Made by a program: the position numbers and the translations under genes. Shown here one piece after another: positions 8,007 through 17,932 of a stretch of DNA of 64,000 bases. This DNA is from Candidatus Latescibacterota bacterium (GTDB taxonomy: Bacteria; Latescibacterota; UBA2968; GCA-2709665), in contig OZ220733.1 in the NCBI GenBank assembly GCA_965116875.1, positions 3,872,001 through 3,936,000 of the forward strand. Direction: 5' to 3'. Every line of letters begins with the position of its first letter. Position 1 is the stretch's first letter. Under the pieces are notes generated by a model, which was given only the letters and a program-made list of their open reading frames with translations, made no database searches and was not told the origin of the DNA.

Positions 8007-10427
8007 TCAGAACAACAATACCGAGACCGCCTTCTGGATCATGGCAATGGAGACGGAGGCCATGCCCACCAGGGACATGCCCACCGAAAAACCGACGTAC
8101 AACACCGCCGCGTAGAGGCGCCATTGCTGTCTGCCGAAGCGCTTCCAGAAATAGTACCGCGCGAGGAGCGCGCCGATGATCTCGGTGATCATCACGTGGG
8201 GAATGCTGGTCAGACTCCGAATATATCCGAAGATGAGCAGGACCGGCAGGCCCAGGACGGACAGAACCACGAACGAGAACAGGCCGACGGCGAGTCCGAT
8301 GGCGATCACGATCGGCTTGATGGCTTCGAACAGGATCGGCTCGTCGTCCGAACTCTGCAGAAAGGAACCGTCGAAGGAGGGCACCTGGTCCACTTCGAAC
8401 TGATAGACAAGGTCCCGCCCCTCCGGATCCCGCGCGGCGAGCACGACCAGGTTGGGGTTGGGGTTGTCCGCGTGGCTTCCGTCATCCGGACCCCGCAATA
8501 CCGGCGCCGAAGGCAGCCCCCTTTCCAGAGCTTCGGATATGTCCGGCGCCGACCGGTCCACCGGAAGCGGCGGCACGAGCGGCTTCTCGGTACTCTTGAA
8601 GTTTGTATAGAAATACCCAACGCGGGACCACGGGCCGTACGTGCGTTGTTCGTGGTCGTCGATGTGCGCGTCGGCCGAGGCGCGGGCACGCCAGTACCAC
8701 CAGTTGCCGTCGGGCAGATTGCTCGGCTGGAAGGATACCGTCCCGGAGGATGCTTCGTGCTCCACCTCGCCCTGCATGGTACCCGTGTACCAGACGCTGC
8801 TCTGGAGCGCCCGCAGCGGCCACATCATCTGGACGTAGGGGTAGGAGGAGGAGGGAATGGGCGCCAGTTTCCAGATATAGGACCAGTACATGAAACTGGT
8901 CAGGAGGATCAGCGGGATCATGAAAACCTCCGCTTTCAGGATCCCGGTGAATTTCGAGCCCGTGAGTTCGATCTGACGGAATGTTTCGGCCTGTGCGCCC
9001 CAGTTGGCCAGGGGGAACGGCACAAACCAGATTTCGATACCCCTGAACCCACTCAGAAAGATCGTGGCTTCCTTGATATAGGGGATATTGACGTTCTGCC
9101 CGACCAGGCCGTCCAGACGGGCGTTGACGAAGGAGATCAGCGGCGTGTAGACAAAGGCGAAGATGAAGAAGAAGGCGAGCAGAAAGGTGCTTACGAGGTC
9201 GGGGAAGAGAATCTTGGCCAGGATTATGGTATACAGGCTCGCAAGACTGAAGAGTACGACGCAGATCCAGATCCGGAAGTCTCCCCGGCCGGGCGGCGGC
9301 GTCCAGCTGCCCTTTTCTTTCTTCTCCACGCGCGCGGTACGGACGCCCGTCCAGACCTGGTAGAATCCGATAATCGCAATGGCGAAGGTGATGCCGATCC
9401 CGAAGCTCATCCAGAAATCGATGCCCGTGACGAAGTGGGTCATGATGGTATCCATGCCCATGTACCAGTTGGGCATGTACCCGTAGGAATACAGGATGGG
9501 GCCCGCCGCGGTGTGGATGACGACGCCGATGAATGCGCCCATGACGGCCCAGAAGGGCGCCAGCAGCCCGGCGAAGATGGGGGCCAGGTGCAGCGTGAAA
9601 CCCAGCGGCGTGGCCGGCAGGAAATATCCCGTGTACTGGGTGAAATCCACCCACGGGATGGGAATGAGCTGAAGCGGGCTCTCCATGAACGCGCCGGTTA
9701 TGGCGGGCACCGCCACGTAGACGGAGCCGAATACCACGCCGATCACGGCGCCGATGCTGAAGACCCGCCATCGCCAGCTGTACTGGCCGCTGCTTTCTTC
9801 CGCGAGCGCCATGGCGCCCTGGGCGTTGATCGGCGCGAAGGGAAAGGGCAGGCGTTCGTAGTCGGAGGTGATGCGGAAGAGGACGTAACTCGCGGTGAAC
9901 CACTGGATGCGCCCCATGATCATTCCCAATACGAGCAGGGAGATGGGCAGGAGCCAGTCCTGATGGAGAAAGGTCCGGTCGATCAACGCCGGAGAATCGG
10001 GCGGGGGCGCCCACCAGCGGGGGATGAGGTGGGAGATGCCGAATTGCTTCGCTGCGGGAGACTGAACGTAGTACTGCTGCCAGAGCAGGCCTTCGAACAT
10101 GCCGGTTTCGCGGGCGACCAGGGCGCTGGTGACGTAGTAGAGCAGGTAGAGTTCCTGCTTCTTCAACACGGTGAACGAGCGCTTTGCCAGTTCCAGAAAC
10201 AGGATGATGGTCACCCACTGGGCGGCGGCGCCGACGGAATGTCCCACCATGAGTTCCAGGTAGATATTGCCCGGAACCATAATGACGGAAACGAAAAGCG
10301 CGCCGAGAATCGTCTTGGAGTTGAAGCCCTCTTCGAACTCCTTGGGGACTTCAAGCAGATCCCGGTACTCTTCGATTTCCTGGTACGGATTGGATTTCCG
10401 CCTGCGAATTCGATCCAGAAAGGCCAT
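8007..10427 (-). CDS. Polytopic membrane protein, OPT/peptide-transporter-like, with an inserted Ig/FN3-like loop
   Basis: Many TM segments; ERLPFPFAP motif matched by ERLAFPAMAP in the upstream DUF6785-like protein; soluble beta-rich insert near the C-terminus. Confidence 0.7.
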   Translation of the reverse strand: MAFLDRIRRRKSNPYQEIEEYRDLLEVPKEFEEGFNSKTILGALFVSVIMVPGNIYLELMVGHSVGAAAQWVTIILFLELAKRSFTVLKKQELYLLYYVTSALVARETGMFEGLLWQQYYVQSPAAKQFGISHLIPRWWAPPPDSPALIDRTFLHQDWLLPISLLVLGMIMGRIQWFTASYVLFRITSDYERLPFPFAPINAQGAMALAEESSGQYSWRWRVFSIGAVIGVVFGSVYVAVPAITGAFMESPLQLIPIPWVDFTQYTGYFLPATPLGFTLHLAPIFAGLLAPFWAVMGAFIGVVIHTAAGPILYSYGYMPNWYMGMDTIMTHFVTGIDFWMSFGIGITFAIAIIGFYQVWTGVRTARVEKKEKGSWTPPPGRGDFRIWICVVLFSLASLYTIILAKILFPDLVSTFLLAFFFIFAFVYTPLISFVNARLDGLVGQNVNIPYIKEATIFLSGFRGIEIWFVPFPLANWGAQAETFRQIELTGSKFTGILKAEVFMIPLILLTSFMYWSYIWKLAPIPSSSYPYVQMMWPLRALQSSVWYTGTMQGEVEHEASSGTVSFQPSNLPDGNWWYWRARASADAHIDDHEQRTYGPWSRVGYFYTNFKSTEKPLVPPLPVDRSAPDISEALERGLPSAPVLRGPDDGSHADNPNPNLVVLAARDPEGRDLVYQFEVDQVPSFDGSFLQSSDDEPILFEAIKPIVIAIGLAVGLFSFVVLSVLGLPVLLIFGYIRSLTSIPHVMITEIIGALLARYYFWKRFGRQQWRLYAAVLYVGFSVGMSLVGMASVSIAMIQKAVSVLLF

Positions 10428-10551
10428 AATAGGTCAACGTGTCATAAAGGGTAAGGGCCTGAAAAATACAAATAAAGCGGCGTTTTGCAAAGCCTATTTC
10501 CGGATTGCAATAACGGGAAAACGCGACTGTTCACCGGCGCCGTGACGATTC

Positions 10552-13500
10552 TCACGCCGGTTCCGCTTCCGGTTCGTCCGATACCAGTATCCGCATGCCT
10601 TTTTTCCGGTATGCCGCTTTCTCGGCGGGGTCGACGGTTCTCCAGATGAGGAACTGCTTGCGGAGGGTATTCATGAAACCCTGGTTGACCCGCCGCCAGG
10701 AAGCGACTTCGCCCGAGCGCCGCCTGAGGGTGAGCTTCAGGGTGTAGATGTCGAACTGGCCGGTGGGTTCGGCCTCGAAGCGAAGCTCCTCGCTGACGCC
10801 CAGATCGAACGGCGCCAGCCATAGGGTCGTACGGATGGCGTATCCGGTCTCACCGGCGCCGCCCTTCCCGTACAGATGGGCGCCGTCCGTGTAGAACGCA
10901 CCCATTGCTTCCCCGCTGTGGGAGTCAAAGTAGTCCGTAAGGAACACGCAGAGCCCGAATACGTCGTTTCCGCCAACCGTAAAGGGGAATTCGAAACGCC
11001 AGTCGTCGCCGTCGGGCTCCGGGATCTTCCACCGGCGGGACACGTCCGGCACGGCCATCAGCGAGGCCTGCCGGGCCGGATAGAGGGTGGACAGGATGAC
11101 GACGGCCATGACCAGGGCGGACGAAACGACGGCCGATTGGGCGGAGTAGTTGACCGTGACGCCGGAGAGCCAGCCCTGCCACAGGAGCAGCTTGGCAACG
11201 CCCTGGCCCAACACGTAGCCGCTCACCGTGCCGAGGACGGCGTAGACGCAGGCTTCCGCGATAAACAGAAAAGCGACGTGGACCGGCGCCAGGCCCACCG
11301 CGGAATAGACGCCGATTTCCCGAAACCGTTCGTACACGGAACCCATCATGGTATTCAGCACGATGAGCGAGGCGATAAGGATTGGAATAAAGAGATCGCT
11401 CATCCCGCGTCTCGATGTATCGCCCAGCGAACTGAAAATGGAGACGCTGACGCGACCGTCCGCGTCCGGAAGACCCGCGAACAGTACGACCGAGAGCCTG
11501 GACAGAAGCTCCTTGACAATGCTCTCCACGTCCGATCGGGCGTCGAACCGGAGGGCGACCGACTGGAGCGGGCTGCCCACCTGGCGCAGGAACGCGTACG
11601 GGACGATCAGGACGTCGTCGGGGTTGATGTGCTCGAAGGGCATGATTTCGACTTCAGGTTGTTCCAGGCCCTGTTTTTCCCTCGTTTCCTGGGTCGTCAT
11701 CTGTTCGATGGCTAACTCGTCGGTCAGCTTGAAGTCGGCAGGACTGAGGGGTTCCTCATCGAGGTCCTTGAGTTCGCTGAACGCCCCGGCGTCGATCAGG
11801 CCGATCACCGGCAGGGATTCCCCGAATACCCGGACGCGGGTCGCCTCCGGGCGGGCGGGGTCCACGCCAAGGAGCTCCGCGATCTTCCCGGGCAGGATGC
11901 ACGCGGATTCACCCGGTCGAAACCAGCGCCCGCTCTTGAGGGTCCTGTGTATGCCGGTCACGTCCGCCTCCTCGGGCGTCATTCCCAGAACGCCGAGTAC
12001 GTGTGTCGACCTGTTTTCGGACTCGACGGGGATGATCTTTTTCTCCCGCGTATAGTACCAGCTTCTTGGGGCCGTAATCGCGGATTCCCGGAAGTGGGTG
12101 ACGGCATAGTCGTAGACGACGTCTTCCAGCGGGCCCCAGAACTTGCTGCGGATGAGCATTCCGGGGTACGGTCCCTCCATGCCCAGGGGAATCCGGCGAA
12201 ATTCGAGAGCCGTTTTGATGGACGTAAACGAGAGTACCGTAAACGTGAGGAGCAGGAGCGTGGTGAACGTAAGCGCCGTGCGCAGTTTGCGGCGTTTCAT
12301 GTTTGCGATGCCGAGTTGAAAGGCCGCCAGGGAGGCGGAGATTCGACCCACGTCGGTTTCATGCAAACGCACGTCCGGGACCCGTAACCGGCGCATGGTT
12401 TCGTTGAACCGGCTGAAAACGAGGGAAATCACGAACACTGCGAGCGCCAGAATGACGAAGGCGAGCAGCACCACCAGGGGATTGGAGATTTCGAACGCCG
12501 GATGCACGTTTGAAAGGAAAACCCAGATGAGCACGAAAATACCGATAAATCCCGCAATCTGTCGCCGGATATCCACGGCTGTAAAGATGAGGCGTTCCGT
12601 GAAGAATGCGCATGGGATGACCAGGGCCATGAAGAAGACGACGCCGCGCACCACGTCGTTCTGCGTGTCTTTGACGTCCGGATAGGCGCGCGATTCGATG
12701 CCGAGGGCCGCGCGGGTGTGTTTCATGAAAACGTCCCAGCGACTTTGGGTCATCGCGGCTTCGGCCATGTCCAGGTGAACACGAGCCCGGCTGTGCAGCA
12801 TGTTCAGGCGCTGGTTTTCGATGGCGTATTTCTGCATCTCCTGCTTCCGGGCTTCGTTCAGGGTCCACATGTCACGTGCGGCCAGAAAGGAGGTGCGCGC
12901 AAACGACCCGTGGGTGAGCGTGGGGTAACCCGTGCCGCGGGCGATTTCTTCGCTTTCGGCGCTCGTCGCATTCAGCAGCAGGAAGCGGATGCCGACTTCG
13001 CCCGAGCCCGCCGCGCCGCCGCCTGCTCTCATCGCGACCTTGATTCTCTCTCCCGGACGCGTGAACAGGGTGCCCACGGGTTCCGTCGGACCGAAGCCGA
13101 TCGCGTACCCGTATTCCTGCGGCGTGACGTTGCCGCTTCCGTAGACGCTGATCTGAGACAGCTTGGTCAGAAATCGCGGATCGACGGTATCGTAGAAGTC
13201 CGTGGCGATACAGGGAAAGAGGATGATATTCCGCTTGGAGATCCACCAGTCCATGTCGAAGTCGCCGCGGTAGATTCTCGCCTGCTGTCCGTAATTTGGC
13301 GCGTAGGTGATCTCACCGGTCTCCGGATCCTGAAAGTAGGCGCTGACGGAGACGCGGCGTTCGGCGATCCCGGGCATATAGAATTCACCGTTTTCGTCGG
13401 CAAGGTCGTAGTAGATGCGCCGGACGCCCTTGACCGATTTGTCGATGCCCATCCGGAGCGCGGCGATGGCGCCCGGCTTGGGCCGGTCGGGTACGATGCT

Positions 13501-15087
13501 GCGCCTGGGAAAGGTACGTACGAACCCCTTCAGGCCGCGCATCCGGTCATCGGGATTGAGCCGGTAATCCGGGATGAGCGACGGGTCGTTCAGGGCAATG
13601 TCGAGTACGCCCGCAATCAGGCGGATCTGTTTTGCGAGATTCTCGAAGTTTACCCCTTCCGGCCGGTCCAGGGGCGTATCGACCCGGAAGCGGGCATCGT
13701 TCAGCGTGACCAGAGACAGGGCGAGCGTGCCGGCTTCGAGAACGACTTCGCCGTCGGTCTTCAGGTTCGCGCCGGGGATGAACATATCCCAGGTCATTCC
13801 GCCCGTGGGATTGATGCCGTCCAGCAGCGCCTGATCGGGGTCGAGGCCGAAAGCGGGCGCGATCGCCTTCGAAACCCGGACGAATTTCTTGCCGAAGGGC
13901 GTGAAGAACCGGTTGTAGTAGAAGTTGCGCGTGCTGTTCCAGACGCCGATTTGAGCGGTCTGGCTCGACAGGTCCAGACCGATGAAGAGACGAATGTCGA
14001 TGGGGTCGGTCATCAGCGCCGCGAAGTGTCTTTCCTTCCTGGCGTGGCGGCCCAGAAAGTCGCAGATGCCGCGGAAGCCGAGATGGTGGGCGGACGTGGC
14101 CAGAAAGAGCACCGTACGCCCGGGGGGGTATCGCTTGAAGTAGTCGACCAGTTCCAGCAGGGCGACCGCGCCGCTGGCCATCTCGGCGCCGGGCGCCAGC
14201 GCCGGGACGACGGACATGGCGTCGTAGTACGCGTTGATCACGACGATCTGTTCCTTCAGGATCGGATCCGAGCCCGGAAGGAAGCCCAGAATATTGTGGG
14301 CGGTGTGTTTCTCCCACTCCATTCTCGCGTGCAGTTCGATCTCCAGTTCGCCGCGTTGTTCAAGAAGTGCCTTCAGAGCCTGCCCCGATGCTTTATCGAT
14401 CCAGAACCGTTCCACGCTGTTGGGCACCTGCAGGAATTTCTGCTCGGCTTCGGTATAGAAAGTTGAATCGGGCTCGATGAAGATGATCTGCCCGGCCCCC
14501 AGGGTGGCCGCATTCAGCCAGCTGTTCCGGGTATTGAATTCCATGAGGACGGCGGCGCCCTCGAGCGCGTGACCGTTGAAGTCGGCGAATTCCCCGGTCG
14601 CGCCGTAGATCAACCGCGTGCGGACCCCTTCGCGCGGCAGCGTGGAGGTCTTGACGAGGTTTGGCCAGATCGCGTGCATGGGAAACGTGATTTTGTCCGG
14701 CAACAGCGTCAGGCTGCCGCCCTTGTCAACGGGCGAGGTGACGTCGAACGGCTCGGCCCGGACGTCCTGGAGACCGGCGCTCTCGAAACGGCGCCGGATG
14801 TACTCCGCGGCCGCGGCGTGTCCGGGGTATCCGGGAACTCGCGACCGGTGCTCCGTAAAGCGGGCAACGTGCGATCTCACGCCGGCGTCCGATACGGTAT
14901 CGAGTACGCGAACCGAAGTGGCGTTCGCTTCCGGAATGGAAGGGGACGGTGGGGAAACCGGCGCTCGGAGTCCCAGGATTGCGGCAAGGTAGGGGTTGAC
15001 GCGTTCCGGTCCCACCGCAAGGCCGGCAAAGGCCCCGGCGGCGAAGAGAAGCGCCAGTACAAGACCGATGCGTGGACGGGTTTTCAT
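10552..15087 (-). CDS. 1511-aa fusion: signal peptide, PA/M28 peptidase-like domain, TM bundle and FtsX/MacB-like ABC permease
   Basis: SRVPGYPG, NILGFLPG, AYYD..PGAE (M28-like). NMKRRKLRTALT and SVYERFREIGVYSAVG..EA (FtsX permease). Confidence 0.82.
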   Translation of the reverse strand: MKTRPRIGLVLALLFAAGAFAGLAVGPERVNPYLAAILGLRAPVSPPSPSIPEANATSVRVLDTVSDAGVRSHVARFTEHRSRVPGYPGHAAAAEYIRRRFESAGLQDVRAEPFDVTSPVDKGGSLTLLPDKITFPMHAIWPNLVKTSTLPREGVRTRLIYGATGEFADFNGHALEGAAVLMEFNTRNSWLNAATLGAGQIIFIEPDSTFYTEAEQKFLQVPNSVERFWIDKASGQALKALLEQRGELEIELHARMEWEKHTAHNILGFLPGSDPILKEQIVVINAYYDAMSVVPALAPGAEMASGAVALLELVDYFKRYPPGRTVLFLATSAHHLGFRGICDFLGRHARKERHFAALMTDPIDIRLFIGLDLSSQTAQIGVWNSTRNFYYNRFFTPFGKKFVRVSKAIAPAFGLDPDQALLDGINPTGGMTWDMFIPGANLKTDGEVVLEAGTLALSLVTLNDARFRVDTPLDRPEGVNFENLAKQIRLIAGVLDIALNDPSLIPDYRLNPDDRMRGLKGFVRTFPRRSIVPDRPKPGAIAALRMGIDKSVKGVRRIYYDLADENGEFYMPGIAERRVSVSAYFQDPETGEITYAPNYGQQARIYRGDFDMDWWISKRNIILFPCIATDFYDTVDPRFLTKLSQISVYGSGNVTPQEYGYAIGFGPTEPVGTLFTRPGERIKVAMRAGGGAAGSGEVGIRFLLLNATSAESEEIARGTGYPTLTHGSFARTSFLAARDMWTLNEARKQEMQKYAIENQRLNMLHSRARVHLDMAEAAMTQSRWDVFMKHTRAALGIESRAYPDVKDTQNDVVRGVVFFMALVIPCAFFTERLIFTAVDIRRQIAGFIGIFVLIWVFLSNVHPAFEISNPLVVLLAFVILALAVFVISLVFSRFNETMRRLRVPDVRLHETDVGRISASLAAFQLGIANMKRRKLRTALTFTTLLLLTFTVLSFTSIKTALEFRRIPLGMEGPYPGMLIRSKFWGPLEDVVYDYAVTHFRESAITAPRSWYYTREKKIIPVESENRSTHVLGVLGMTPEEADVTGIHRTLKSGRWFRPGESACILPGKIAELLGVDPARPEATRVRVFGESLPVIGLIDAGAFSELKDLDEEPLSPADFKLTDELAIEQMTTQETREKQGLEQPEVEIMPFEHINPDDVLIVPYAFLRQVGSPLQSVALRFDARSDVESIVKELLSRLSVVLFAGLPDADGRVSVSIFSSLGDTSRRGMSDLFIPILIASLIVLNTMMGSVYERFREIGVYSAVGLAPVHVAFLFIAEACVYAVLGTVSGYVLGQGVAKLLLWQGWLSGVTVNYSAQSAVVSSALVMAVVILSTLYPARQASLMAVPDVSRRWKIPEPDGDDWRFEFPFTVGGNDVFGLCVFLTDYFDSHSGEAMGAFYTDGAHLYGKGGAGETGYAIRTTLWLAPFDLGVSEELRFEAEPTGQFDIYTLKLTLRRRSGEVASWRRVNQGFMNTLRKQFLIWRTVDPAEKAAYRKKGMRILVSDEPEAEPA

Positions 15088-15174
15088 TGAGTCATCCAGT
15101 TCAAGGCTTCCGCAGTACCGCTTCCGTTGTGGATACCCGGGTTCCGATCGCGGACATCCGCCGGCGGATGCGTA

Positions 15175-17181
15175 TCAGAAGCGGTGAACGCTGTGGCCCC
15201 GTTCCGGGAACCAGAGGACGTCGATAAAGGCCGAGAGGGCGACGCCGAGTATATAGCCGGCGAGCAGGCCGATGAACAGGGGACGCGATTTCCTGTATAC
15301 GGAAGGCCCGCCCATCTTCAGCATCACCAATTTGACCAGCCAGGCCAGCAATATCGTCAGGCTGGTTCGCCGGGCCAGATACGAACCGGATATGGCCAGT
15401 CCGACGGGATGCAGCGGCCACCAGACGAATCGGTGACGCAGAAAAATGAGCAGGAGCGTGGCCAGGCCGCCCAGGCCGAAGAACACCATATGGTCCGGAT
15501 GTTCCCGGTAGACGGGCGGATCGGGCGGTTTTGTCAGGAAGTTCTTGACGGACGTCGCGGTGCCTTCGAAATGCTTGGGCCCCGCGCGCACGATTTCCCA
15601 GGAGTTGAAGTTGTAGGCGCCGTCCCGGTATCCCAACTGGATCGTGAGCAGCAAACTCGCGATCCAACTGGCCAGAAAAGCCAGTACGACGGCATACGCA
15701 AGACGCCGCCGGCCGCCCCGGACGCCCTCCGCAACGCGTCCCGCGTGTGCGAGGGCGGGCAGGAAGAGTCCCTTGAAGTGGGAGGTGATCCTGGAAGCGA
15801 ACCTGCGAGCGACGCGCGTTCGCTCGTTTATGATCGATCCCTCAAGAAAAGGCGATACGAGACCCCACGGGCCCGCCGGCACGTTGGTGTACGGCATGCC
15901 GGTTTCCGCGAGAATCTTGGCCAGGCCAACGTACGTGAAGATGACCGCCGGAAGGAGCAGGGCCGCCAGAAGCGGGTCGAAGCCGATGCGCCAGAGCCAG
16001 AGCCACATGAACGCGAGCCCCACAAGCAGGGCGACGACGGCCGTACGGCAGGAGAGCGGATCGTCCCGGTCGTCCATCGGATGGTCCCGGTTCCAGGCCT
16101 TGCGGAACACATCCCTGATGTGGCGTCTGCCTACCCAGAAGACGGAGGCGGCCAGCATGGCGAATGCGCCCTTGGTCTGCCAGTAATAGACGCCGCGGTA
16201 ATAATACGGCGATATGGCCGTAAACCCCCGGCGGTGCAGCCAGCCGCCTTCGGAAATGAACAGCAGGTCGAAGAACCAGATGCTGAACAGAACGTCCAGG
16301 CTGGCGAAATAGGAGAAGAAGATGGTAAACAGACCGATGAAGAAATAGCCGGGCGGATGCTGACGGTCGATCCAGAGCCAACGGCCCCGATAGACCGGAA
16401 ACCGTGGAAAGCCGGGCAGGAAATAGTTGATGCAGTTCCAGGCGATCATTCCGAAGGCCAGCCCGAAGCCGATCCAGAACAGGTAGTTCTTCGTGAAATC
16501 AGGGAGTGCGAATCTTCCGCTGCCGGGTTCTTCCGCCATGTGAATCAGGGGCGCCATCGCCGGAAATGCCAGGCGTTCGTTCTGCACCCACTGTCTGCGA
16601 AAGACGACGGCCACGCAGCCGAGGACCACGAATGCCGCGACGATGAACGTGGTCCACCACAACAGCGGAAGCACCCATGCATCCCAGGGGACCTGCGCGC
16701 CTTTGGGTGCGCCTTCGAAGAACCAGGTGACGGCCTTGTTTTCGTCTGAAGGGATCAGCCACGGGTTGATATACGGATGCAGGTAGATATGCCACTCGTT
16801 GACTTCGGTCGCGAAATAGTACGGGGATGCGATGTACCCAAGCAGATAGCCGCTCAGACCGAAACCGGGAACCGCCGCGCCGACGACGCCCATGGCCAGA
16901 ATGACGTGCCATTCCGCCGGCGCAAGCTTCCACCGGAAAATCCGCGCCAGGAGCGCGCATGCCATGATCATCAGCACAAACACGATGAGCATGGCCATCG
17001 GCACGTGGCTGTACGTCATCAGCGAACCGTGTACGACGTACCGGAGATGGATCGCAAGCGCGTCCAGGCCCAGGACAAGCACCAGGCCCGATGCCACGGA
17101 CCGGACCGTGACGCCTCCGGACGATTTCGTGGAGGCCGTGTCCGTTTCGGTAGGGACGGCTGTTCGTTCAGCGCTGGCCAT
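15175..17181 (-). CDS. DUF6785/DUF6784-like polytopic membrane protein
   Basis: RRQWVQNERLAFP, WWPLHPVGLA, GGPSVYRKSRPLFIGL motifs and many TM helices. Start taken at ATG 17181. Confidence 0.75.
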   Translation of the reverse strand: MASAERTAVPTETDTASTKSSGGVTVRSVASGLVLVLGLDALAIHLRYVVHGSLMTYSHVPMAMLIVFVLMIMACALLARIFRWKLAPAEWHVILAMGVVGAAVPGFGLSGYLLGYIASPYYFATEVNEWHIYLHPYINPWLIPSDENKAVTWFFEGAPKGAQVPWDAWVLPLLWWTTFIVAAFVVLGCVAVVFRRQWVQNERLAFPAMAPLIHMAEEPGSGRFALPDFTKNYLFWIGFGLAFGMIAWNCINYFLPGFPRFPVYRGRWLWIDRQHPPGYFFIGLFTIFFSYFASLDVLFSIWFFDLLFISEGGWLHRRGFTAISPYYYRGVYYWQTKGAFAMLAASVFWVGRRHIRDVFRKAWNRDHPMDDRDDPLSCRTAVVALLVGLAFMWLWLWRIGFDPLLAALLLPAVIFTYVGLAKILAETGMPYTNVPAGPWGLVSPFLEGSIINERTRVARRFASRITSHFKGLFLPALAHAGRVAEGVRGGRRRLAYAVVLAFLASWIASLLLTIQLGYRDGAYNFNSWEIVRAGPKHFEGTATSVKNFLTKPPDPPVYREHPDHMVFFGLGGLATLLLIFLRHRFVWWPLHPVGLAISGSYLARRTSLTILLAWLVKLVMLKMGGPSVYRKSRPLFIGLLAGYILGVALSAFIDVLWFPERGHSVHRF

Positions 17182-17350
17182 CGTTTGGCGTTGGAAGATC
17201 AGTGACGGGTGCGTGACTGAAAAGGCGTCCGGCCCGGTCTCGAAGCTCGATTCGGACGTGAGACCGGACCGGCGGGGGCGAAGACTCAATGATTCCTGAT
17301 TTTCGCAATCGGGCGATCCGGTACTGCCCCTGGTAATTTACAGCAACTGT

Positions 17351-17379
17351 CTTGACATCCTCAAATGGTTTTGTTAGAT
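17351..17379 (+). promoter_or_regulatory. sigma70-type promoter of tRNA-Phe
   Basis: TTGACA-17 bp-TAGATT about 50 bp upstream of the tRNA. Confidence 0.65.
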
Positions 17380-17428
17380 TTCCGCCTTTGTCGTACCACG
17401 GAAACGATGCATTTTCCCGTGGAATGGA

Positions 17429-17504
<76 letters not shown>

Positions 17505-17640
17505 TTTCTTTACTAACCAATACCCGGTCGAATCCGCGTCCATCCGCCCATGCGCCGCGGATCGCGGGAATTTACGGTCGGGTGGGGGGGCGCCGCTTCG
17601 TCATGGGAATCGGCGAACTCCCCGGAGACGGAGAACGTTG

Positions 17641-17832
17641 ATGGCCGTTCCCGAACTCATCGTGAGCCGCGACCGCCTGATCGAACTGGTCAGAGAAGGC
17701 CGGACGCCGCTTGAGATCGCCGATATGTTTCGTGTCGACGAAGCCATCATTCGCGACATGATCCGCCGGCTCGAGCAGAACGGGTACTACGACCTGCTTT
17801 ACGGCCCGGCCGTCGATCGGGGCGTGGAGTGA
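17641..17832 (+). CDS. Small (63 aa) helix-turn-helix protein
   Basis: GGAG RBS before ATG; EGRTPLEIADMFRVDEAIIRDMIRRL fits an HTH pattern. Confidence 0.65.
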   Translation: MAVPELIVSRDRLIELVREGRTPLEIADMFRVDEAIIRDMIRRLEQNGYYDLLYGPAVDRGVE

Positions 17833-17879
17833 CTCCCGGATCGGCTTTTCGAGCCGACGTGGAAACCGGGGTACAGGAA

Positions 17880-17914
17880 AGGCGTTCGTCGTTCAGACGA
17901 ACGCCTCGTTTCTT
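17880..17914. terminator. Hairpin/terminator between convergent genes
   Basis: AGGCGTTCGTC-GTTCA-GACGAACGCCT, 11-bp perfect stem. Confidence 0.6.
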
Positions 17915-17932
17915 GCCGTGCGCCGCTGCGTT

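Noticed and set aside
7932-10454. 840-aa plus-strand ORF (also 12718-14466, 15127-16749 and 49592-51157)
   Set aside because: Antisense shadows of well-supported minus-strand genes. They are expected in high-GC DNA and show no recognisable motifs.
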